Part shown: positions 13,839-20,000 of the stretch, piece by piece
Numbering within the stretch: the first letter of the stretch is position 1
Layout of the letters: every line of letters starts with the position of its first letter
Virus record (IMG/VR): IMGVR_UViG_3300042445_003239
Source: an uncultured virus (IMG/VR IMGVR_UViG_3300042445_003239)
Taxonomy: Duplodnaviria > Heunggongvirae > Uroviricota > Caudoviricetes
DNA length: 20,000 nucleotides
Direction: 5' to 3' (one strand)
Notes under the pieces: model-generated
Database searches by the model: none
What the model saw: only the letters and a program-made list of their open reading frames with translations
Told to the model about the DNA's origin: nothing
Translations under genes and position numbers: made by a program

Positions 13839-14158
13839 GGGGATGTCATGGTTTCGACATGACATGAGAGATTATATTGCAACACACGGGTGACTCCCTT
13901 CGTCAAAAAACTAAACGGCAAAAATACACTTGCTCTCGCTGCTTAAGTGAGTCGAATGACATGACTCCTATATTGTCATTCGCACGGCATAGGATAGTTG
14001 ATACCACGAACGGTATCTATTTGTACAGCATTGTGAATAACGCTGTCGTGACACAACGATAAGTGTCTAAGAGTCTCGTCTGAATAAATGAGAATAAGTT
14101 GTAGATTGTATAATCGCACACGTCATGGACACGGGTTCAACTCCCGTCGTCTCCACCA
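13839..14158 (+). ncRNA. ssrA: tmRNA; tag (A)GKNTLALAA at 13917-13946
   Basis: GGGGATG/CGTCTCC-ACCA with G3:U70, GGTTTCGAC 5' motif, GGAC-ACGGG-TTCAACT-CCCGT 3' end, tag ORF ending LAA-stop. Confidence 0.95.
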
Positions 14159-14160
14159 AT

Positions 14161-14237
14161 GCACAGGTGACGGAATTGGTTTACGTACTTGCCTTAGAAG
14201 CAAGGTTTTGTGGGTTCGAGTCCCACCCTGTGTACCA
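14161..14237 (+). tRNA. trnL: tRNA-Leu(TAG), short variable loop
   Basis: GCACAGG/CCTGTGT, CTTGC-CTTAGAA-GCAAG, 5-nt variable loop, ACCA. Confidence 0.9.
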
Positions 14238-14246
14238 AAATTTTAT

Positions 14247-14335
14247 GGAAGTAGTCCGGCTGGTCGAGGACACTGTCTTGAAAACAGCTGGGGCCTATAA
14301 AGCCCTCGGGGGTTCGAGTCCCTCTGCTTCCGCCA
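14247..14335 (+). tRNA. trnS: tRNA-Ser(TGA)
   Basis: GGAAGTA/TGCTTCC, CTTGAAA loop, GGGC/GCCC variable arm, GCCA. Confidence 0.9.
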
Positions 14336-14351
14336 TTTAAGTTGCATCTAT

Positions 14352-14359
14352 TATAAATA
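14352..14359 (+). promoter_or_regulatory. T4-type late promoter
   Basis: TATAAATA upstream of the 14396 ORF. Confidence 0.7.
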
Positions 14360-14395
14360 GATTATTACGAGTAAAGTTATTGGCTACAAAATCAC

Positions 14396-15496
14396 ATGAA
14401 ATCATTTAAACAATATATTCTTGAAGGCGGAAATTTAATGTTGGGCGACCAAGGTGCAGATCGCATTGACCTAACAAAGATTAACCGTGATAGTGTAACG
14501 GTGCAAATTGACCGCACACTAGATGCAGTTAACAAAGCATACAAGAAAAAGTATGGACTACCATTATGGAGTGGCGAACTCTTTAAGAGCAAGGAGTTTC
14601 TTAGCGGCAGCGCATTCCACTTTTTTAACCGCGCAATTCCTACAGCCGAATTTACTAAGTATAAGAATACAGTAGGCGATGTAGATACTCAGGTTGATAA
14701 GATACAAGATGAAAACCTTGGCGAGTTTCTTAAAGCCATAACTGGTAAAACTTTTGGTGATGCTTCACTCATTGGATTTAAGAAAAGCGCGGGGCAATAT
14801 ATTACGCTTTGGGCTTTCCCAGAGTTTGGCATTAACATTCAAGTAGATATGGAACTTGTTGACTTTGCTTATGGCAAACCAACAGCATGGAGCATGTTCT
14901 CGCATTCATCTGCATGGAATGATATTACAGCAGGTATTAAAGGTGTGTTTCATAAATACATTATGAGAGCAGCATCTGCAAAAACACTGCGTGATATTAT
15001 CATTCTTAAAGGTAAGAAAGAAACACCTACGAAAATTAAAGCATCTGATCTTGCATTTAGTGTACAGCATGGATTGCGCACCAAAATAGCACCAGTCCTA
15101 GATGGCGTAGGTAAACACATGATGCAGGATGGATTATATGTCTATCGTGAAATACCAACAAGTGAATCAACATATATTACGGATCTTAAAGTTATCTTTA
15201 AAGTACTCTTTGAGCGTACGCCATCAGATGCGGATATGAAGATGATGGATTCGTTTATTGGCGCAGCGGAACTCATTAAGAAATATATTGCACCAGCAGA
15301 ACAAACACGATTAATCAATGCATTTGCAAATATATTATTTGAAAAAGGCGCACAAGGATTATATCGTGGTGATGCTGAACGAGATAATGCCGAAAAGATG
15401 GCAGCATTCTTAAAACTTACCGAAATCATTGGAGCACAATATGACCGTGCTGCTATTGATGATATGCGTGCAGAATATTACAAAGGATACAAATAA
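14396..15496 (+). CDS. pol-beta-superfamily nucleotidyltransferase with a capsid-targeting-like leader
   Basis: hGS (LSGSA), GDVD, third Asp in IQVDM; N-terminus MKSFKQYILE. Confidence 0.75.
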   Translation: MKSFKQYILEGGNLMLGDQGADRIDLTKINRDSVTVQIDRTLDAVNKAYKKKYGLPLWSGELFKSKEFLSGSAFHFFNRAIPTAEFTKYKNTVGDVDTQVDKIQDENLGEFLKAITGKTFGDASLIGFKKSAGQYITLWAFPEFGINIQVDMELVDFAYGKPTAWSMFSHSSAWNDITAGIKGVFHKYIMRAASAKTLRDIIILKGKKETPTKIKASDLAFSVQHGLRTKIAPVLDGVGKHMMQDGLYVYREIPTSESTYITDLKVIFKVLFERTPSDADMKMMDSFIGAAELIKKYIAPAEQTRLINAFANILFEKGAQGLYRGDAERDNAEKMAAFLKLTEIIGAQYDRAAIDDMRAEYYKGYK

Positions 15497-15497
15497 A

Positions 15498-16967
15498 ATG
15501 TTATCATTTAAAAGATACTTAACTGAAGAGGTTGTCGCTACAACGCGTCAAAATATGTTGCATCTGCAAAAGATGAACGACCTTGAATTTATTGAATTTG
15601 TACGCAGCATATCAGGTGCAATGCGGGGCAAGCTAAAGAACCTAAAGGTTGCATTAAAGATTGATGGATTGGGTGCACGCTTTGGACGCGACGCAAACGG
15701 CAAACCGTTTTTTGAGAGTTCACGCAGCGGACCAGTCTTTGATCGTGGCGCATTCTCAACATATGCACAAGGACGCGGCTCATCTGGTGAGACACTCCTA
15801 AGAGCACAGCAATATGATAACTTGTTTGATGACATCATGAGTTCGGCTGCAATGAAGGCTGTACCAAATGATGTTAAAGTTATTACAGAAATTTTCTATA
15901 ATCCGATGGCAGCATTGGATGATGATGGTATTACATTTGTAACTGTAAAGTATGATAAGAATAAGTTGGGCTCGCACCTAACACTATTTCCGCATGCTGT
16001 TGTATATTCTTCCAACGGTGCTCCGCATCCAGATGAAGAGAGAATACTTTCTGATATTATAGCCACTTCAAATGAACGCATACGCGTCATGAGTCCTTCG
16101 CTTTCAATGAAAGGCGACATTGATATCTCTGGCATGATTGATCCTATTCTTAGCTTGGGCAAAGAAGCTAAAGAGACTCTAAAATCGCTTAAGCGAGATG
16201 ATCGTGAAGCTAAGGCAAACCTACGTGCAATTATACAGAGTGTTAAAGATGAAGTTGCAGAATACATATTGGATCACGAGTCAATCCTTGATAAGTTTAA
16301 GCTAGGTCCTGAAATTGAAGGATTGGTACTTACCATAAACGGGAGAGATATTAAAGTAACTACTCCAGCATTCAAAGCAAGTAAGGTTAAAGATCGTTTG
16401 GCTGAAGCACAAAAGAAAGAAATAGTAATGGTGTTTGGACGTTTTCAGCCACCAAATACTGGACACGAAAGCCTCTTTAAGAAACTAGAGCAGGTTGCTG
16501 CTGGACGAAAGTTTCTAATCTTTTCTTCACAAACACAAGATCCCAAAAAGAATCCGTTGCCTTATGAAGTTAAGATGGATTTTTTACGTAAGATTTTTCC
16601 AAAGTATGCAAAGAATATTGTAGAGGATCCTAACATCAAAACAGTTCTTAATGCTGTGGTATACCTACATAAGAAAGGTTATACTGCATTAACACTTGTA
16701 TGTGGCAGTGACCGTGTTGAAGGATTTACAGAACTCCTAAATCGTTATAACGGCAGCAATAAGTATCATTTTGTTGACGGTATTACTGTTGTAAGTAACA
16801 CTGAACGCGATCCTGACTCTGATGATGCAACAGGTATGAGTTCAACAAAATTGCGAGATGCTGCAAAAGCAAATGATATGGCAACATTTAAAAAAGGTGT
16901 GCCAAGCAGCTTTAAAGATACAACTGCGCTGTTTGATGCAGTGCGAGTTGGCATGAAAATAAAATAA
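15498..16967 (+). CDS. RNA-ligase-like domain fused to an HxGH cytidylyltransferase-like domain
   Basis: KIDG, TEIF, EGLVL, IKVT ligase-like motifs; FGRFQPP-TGH, KNPL, GSDR, SSTKLR; start reassigned to ATG 15498 (MLSFKRYLTE). Confidence 0.78.
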   Translation: MLSFKRYLTEEVVATTRQNMLHLQKMNDLEFIEFVRSISGAMRGKLKNLKVALKIDGLGARFGRDANGKPFFESSRSGPVFDRGAFSTYAQGRGSSGETLLRAQQYDNLFDDIMSSAAMKAVPNDVKVITEIFYNPMAALDDDGITFVTVKYDKNKLGSHLTLFPHAVVYSSNGAPHPDEERILSDIIATSNERIRVMSPSLSMKGDIDISGMIDPILSLGKEAKETLKSLKRDDREAKANLRAIIQSVKDEVAEYILDHESILDKFKLGPEIEGLVLTINGRDIKVTTPAFKASKVKDRLAEAQKKEIVMVFGRFQPPNTGHESLFKKLEQVAAGRKFLIFSSQTQDPKKNPLPYEVKMDFLRKIFPKYAKNIVEDPNIKTVLNAVVYLHKKGYTALTLVCGSDRVEGFTELLNRYNGSNKYHFVDGITVVSNTERDPDSDDATGMSSTKLRDAAKANDMATFKKGVPSSFKDTTALFDAVRVGMKIK

Positions 16968-16977
16968 ATAATATGGT

Positions 16978-17259
16978 ATGAGCGAGTCATCTACTAAATC
17001 TTGGAGTTATTTTACGCCTGAAGAAATCACTATGATTAACGAATCGCTAGACAGCGCCGATAAGCGCGAATATGGTTCACGATTGGTTAAGATTAAACTA
17101 CGTCTTAAAGAACTCGTATCTCAAATTGAAGATCGCGGTGGCTTTGAGACAAGCAATGGTATTTTTAAAGTTAATACCGACTCTAAAAAACTAGGAGTTG
17201 AATATGAAACATTAAAGGCTGAAGAAAAGCGTATTATTGATATCTTGCACGAAAAGTAA
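16978..17259 (+). CDS. hypothetical protein
   Basis: 93 aa helical ORF in operon context. Confidence 0.7.
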   Translation: MSESSTKSWSYFTPEEITMINESLDSADKREYGSRLVKIKLRLKELVSQIEDRGGFETSNGIFKVNTDSKKLGVEYETLKAEEKRIIDILHEK

Positions 17260-17267
17260 CTTTTTTA

Positions 17268-17295
17268 TTTACATTCTTCTAGTTTATGTTATAAT
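17268..17295 (+). promoter_or_regulatory. sigma70-like promoter
   Basis: TTTACA 17268-17273; extended TGn-TATAAT with TATAAT at 17290-17295. Confidence 0.7.
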
Positions 17296-17301
17296 AATTT
17301 T

Positions 17302-19041
17302 ATGCATAAACTCGAATACCGCCCGTTGCAGCTTGCAACAGTTGAGGCAATCTTTGACGCAATAGCCAAAGGCAAGACCGACATTTTTATTTGCGCACCT
17401 ACAGGTAGTGGCAAAGGATTGCTTGCACTAGAAACCGCAAAGAGAGCAGCACAAGAACATAACATGCTGTCATACTTATTGACAAGTGAAAAATCACTGC
17501 AAGCACAATATGAAGAAGACACCATAAAGTATAGTGATGTTCATGGAGATGCTGCCAGTGTTTGTGGCGTTGATACATATAAGTGCCACGTGAATGGCGA
17601 AAAGTTCTCATTAGGATTGTGTAAGATTATGCGCAAGACAAACAGCGAGGCGCTAAGCATGCCGTGTGCAAAGAATTGTGAATACCTACAGCGTTGGCTT
17701 GCGGCACAAGCGAGTCCACGCGCAATCTTTAACTACAGCTATTACTTGCTGCAAATGAATTATGTTTACGAGAAGATGAGCGAATCTGGAGCTAATCCAC
17801 CATTTCATCCACGTGATCTTGTAATATGCGATGAAGCGCATAAGCTGCCTGACATTATTGAAGATCATTTTGCATGCACTGTCGAGCTAGATTATATCGA
17901 GCGGCTGCGCAATACAAACATGATGCTGTCTGCAGCTCACTATGAAGAAATACAATATCGTGATGTTGAAGCTGCAATACGAAAGGTATTTAGACTCTCT
18001 AACAGTCAAGATAAACAGGCTCACTTAAAAGCATTAACAGAATATGAAGGCTCATTACGCGAGCTAAAGAAACAAATAACGACACTTATTGGTGGTACAA
18101 TATCACGACTATTTGATGCTGATGAAGCAGATGTTGCTAAGCTTAAAAAACAAATGAACAAGCTGCCGCGTGAAGTGAAAATGCTATTCCGATTGGGCGA
18201 TGGCGTTAAAGATCGCCATTGTAAAGTAGAAGATTATATAGCTATCATAAGTGAAGCAGGCGATGATTGCATGGTGGTTGACGGTTCGCAAGATGGTGCA
18301 ATGCGTTATCATAACCTTAATGATGCGCACTTATTTCAGCGACACTTTAAGAAATTTTCCAAGGTAAGAATCTATATGTCCGCTACCTTACAACCTCATC
18401 TGCTTATACAGCGGTTTGGCTGCGAACAGGAAAAGAGTGTTGTGTTTAATTTACCTAGCGCTTGGGATCGTCGCCGCAGTCCAATTGTATGTCTTGATGT
18501 TGCTAACCTAACATATAAGAATCAGGATGAAGGATTGGCTGCATGCATTGCTGAGATTGATCGTATACTTGATGAACACAAAGGTGTACGCGGTTGTATA
18601 CACACCACAAGTAATGTTATTATGGATAGGATCGCACGTGAATCACGACATTACTTTAGGCTTGTACCATATCGTGGCACCGTTGAAAAGATGAGCATAC
18701 TTAGTGATTGGGATAATAGCGCGCCTGATGCGGTTCTTATTGGACCTAGCTTGACAACAGGAATTGACCTATCAGGTGATGCTGCGCGCTTTAACATCAT
18801 CGTGAAAATATCGTATCCTAGCATGGGTAGTGCATTAAACGCTAAGCGGTATGAAACTGCATATCATGTTTATGTAGGAGAAGCTGCATCAACACTCGAG
18901 CAAGCATGCGGACGAACAACACGTTCCGCTGATGATTGGAGCATAACATACATTCTTGACAGCCGTGCCGAAGGGTTTATCAGCAGCAATAAGACCTTAT
19001 TTTCACCATCATTTATGGATCGAATCGTAAAAAAATCATAA
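17302..19041 (+). CDS. DinG/Rad3(XPD)-family SF2 helicase
   Basis: Q motif YRPLQ, APTGSGK, Cys cluster (putative Fe-S), DEAH, MSATL, TGID, QACGRTTR. Confidence 0.9.
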   Translation: MHKLEYRPLQLATVEAIFDAIAKGKTDIFICAPTGSGKGLLALETAKRAAQEHNMLSYLLTSEKSLQAQYEEDTIKYSDVHGDAASVCGVDTYKCHVNGEKFSLGLCKIMRKTNSEALSMPCAKNCEYLQRWLAAQASPRAIFNYSYYLLQMNYVYEKMSESGANPPFHPRDLVICDEAHKLPDIIEDHFACTVELDYIERLRNTNMMLSAAHYEEIQYRDVEAAIRKVFRLSNSQDKQAHLKALTEYEGSLRELKKQITTLIGGTISRLFDADEADVAKLKKQMNKLPREVKMLFRLGDGVKDRHCKVEDYIAIISEAGDDCMVVDGSQDGAMRYHNLNDAHLFQRHFKKFSKVRIYMSATLQPHLLIQRFGCEQEKSVVFNLPSAWDRRRSPIVCLDVANLTYKNQDEGLAACIAEIDRILDEHKGVRGCIHTTSNVIMDRIARESRHYFRLVPYRGTVEKMSILSDWDNSAPDAVLIGPSLTTGIDLSGDAARFNIIVKISYPSMGSALNAKRYETAYHVYVGEAASTLEQACGRTTRSADDWSITYILDSRAEGFISSNKTLFSPSFMDRIVKKS

Positions 19042-19110
19042 AAAATGCATTTTTCTTCATTTTTAGTTTTACAAGTGTGCTTTTTTAGTGTATAATAATC
19101 ACGTAACCAA
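19041..19110 (+). promoter_or_regulatory. sigma70-like early promoter with an upstream palindrome
   Basis: AAAAATGCATTTTT 19041-19054; TTTACA 19068-19073, 17-nt spacer, TATAAT 19091-19096. Confidence 0.8.
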
Positions 19111-19114
19111 TACT

Positions 19115-19507
19115 ATGAAGGAAATCAAATCAAAAACAGCTGCTGCTCGTAAGGCAGAACAGCTCGAAAAAAAGAAGGCAATTGCAATTAAAAAAGCAGC
19201 ACGTCGTGAACGCCTTAAAGCAGCTGTAACCAAGCGAAATGAAAGAGCTGCTAAAAAAGCAGCAAAGGTCAAAGGAGTTAAGCTTAAGAAAGCAGCACAC
19301 CTTGAACGACTCAAAGCAGCGGTAGCTAAGCGAAATGAAAGAGCTGCTAAAAAAGCGCCTCGTGCCGCTAAGCGTGCAAAGAAAATGTCGCTGAAAGATG
19401 CGGCTGCACTGCCATTACAGCTAAACGCTGGTGAGCGTATATTGGAATTTGATGATGGCGATTCTCCTACATTTGTAGGCGATTATGTTGGACGTAAATG
19501 TGAATAA
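19115..19507 (+). CDS. Lys/Ala/Arg-rich histone-H1-like basic protein with an internal repeat
   Basis: Start reassigned to ATG 19115 (downstream of the promoter); KKAAxxERLKAAVxKRNERAAKKA occurs twice. Confidence 0.75.
   Translation: MKEIKSKTAAARKAEQLEKKKAIAIKKAARRERLKAAVTKRNERAAKKAAKVKGVKLKKAAHLERLKAAVAKRNERAAKKAPRAAKRAKKMSLKDAAALPLQLNAGERILEFDDGDSPTFVGDYVGRKCE
19190..19357 (+). repeat. 72-nt imperfect coding direct repeat, 96-nt period
   Basis: 19190-19261 vs 19286-19357 share AAGCGAAATGAAAGAGCTGCTAAAAAAGC. Confidence 0.85.
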
Positions 19508-19513
19508 AAGATT

Positions 19514-19759
19514 ATGAAAATTAAAGGAGAAATAATTGTTGAAATTGGAGAGTCTGAACGAATGCGAATTGCTCGTGAATCATTTTATACTGCACTTAAA
19601 AAATGTGGTTATGATTGGAGTTGTTCACACTTTATTAGTGATGACAAAGTATATGTTACACAGACATATACTAGTTCTCATACATGGTCAACCGATGAAC
19701 TTAAACGTGATGCAACAGAAACGGATCTTTTCATTGTAGAGTTGCTAAAGTCGCTATAA
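19514..19759 (+). CDS. hypothetical protein
   Basis: 81 aa ORF directly downstream of the basic protein. Confidence 0.7.
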   Translation: MKIKGEIIVEIGESERMRIARESFYTALKKCGYDWSCSHFISDDKVYVTQTYTSSHTWSTDELKRDATETDLFIVELLKSL

Positions 19760-19770
19760 ATAAAACACAT

Positions 19771-19857
19771 GCCAATGTGGCGGAATTGGTAGACGTCGCG
19801 GATTTAAAATCCGTTGTCCTTATGGGCGTGTGGGTTCGAGTCCCACCATTGGTACCA
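19771..19857 (+). tRNA. trnL: tRNA-Leu(TAA)
   Basis: GCCAATG/CATTGGT, TTTAAAA loop, long variable arm, ACCA; TATAAATA at 19755-19762. Confidence 0.95.
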
Positions 19858-19862
19858 ATTTT

Positions 19863-19942
19863 GCCCTGATACCGGAACTGCCTTCTAAGCAGTAGTACCG
19901 TAATCGGAGTCAATGGAGGTTCGAGTCCTCTTCAGGGCGCCA
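19863..19942 (+). tRNA. trnR: non-canonical tRNA-Arg(TCT) lacking a D-arm, with an enlarged variable region
   Basis: GCCCTGA/TCAGGGC-GCCA, 7-nt connector, ACTGC-CTTCTAA-GCAGT, 21-nt variable region, GGAGG-TTCGAGT-CCTCT. Confidence 0.75.
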
Positions 19943-19952
19943 ATTTTTTATT

Positions 19953-20000
19953 ATGATTACCGAAGAAAAAATATTGAACTCTGTTAGGAACTCTGTTTGG
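19953..20000 (+). CDS. start of an ORF truncated by the window end
   Basis: ATG at 19953 reading MITEEKILNSVRNSVW with no stop before the edge. Confidence 0.4.
   Translation, partial: MITEEKILNSVRNSVW

Noticed and set aside
14247..14335. Allo-tRNA or 8/4 tRNA-Ser
   Set aside because: Acceptor and T stems count 7 and 5 bp; only the acceptor-to-D connector is short.
7986..14340. ORF-track calls at 7986, 8697, 9660, 10056, 10504, 12149, 12626, 12810, 13877, 14088 and 14125
   Set aside because: They overlap tRNA, tmRNA or structured RNA genes and show no protein motifs; treated as spurious.
10659..15497. Longest-ORF starts at 10659, 11493 and 15429 (also 6380, 7059, 19088)
   Set aside because: They run into tRNAs, promoters or upstream genes; downstream ATGs fit promoters and leader motifs better.
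1131..19913. Minus-strand and nested alternative-frame ORFs
   Set aside because: Shadows of well-supported + strand genes; no motifs, and I found no minus-strand promoter context for them.

Overview
Segment of a large T4-like (myovirus-type) phage genome, with every credible gene on the + strand. Positions 1-7742 hold conserved T4-like hypothetical genes, class Ia ribonucleotide reductase (nrdB then nrdA), a GIY-YIG nuclease, RNase H/5'-exonuclease, zinc-ribbon proteins, a PD-(D/E)XK exonuclease and a ClpP-like protease. Positions ~7850-14340 are a large RNA locus: 24 tRNA genes, a tmRNA (tag GKNTLALAA), late-promoter-driven putative internal head proteins, and about ten non-tRNA structured elements punctuated by the same ATTTT(CAA) spacers. 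Positions 14396-19759 encode a pol-beta-type nucleotidyltransferase and an RNA-ligase-like/HxGH fusion (both with T4-style capsid-targeting leaders), a DinG-like helicase and a histone-H1-like protein; two more tRNAs follow. Highlights: (1) an HNH endonuclease cassette has split tRNA-Arg(ACG) at its T-loop and carries its own divergent intact tRNA-Arg(ACG); (2) two copies of a 43-nt H-type pseudoknot with compensatory changes; (3) rearranged tRNA-mimic RNAs; (4) covarying elbow substitutions across several tRNAs. All structures were read by eye; no folding or database searches were run.
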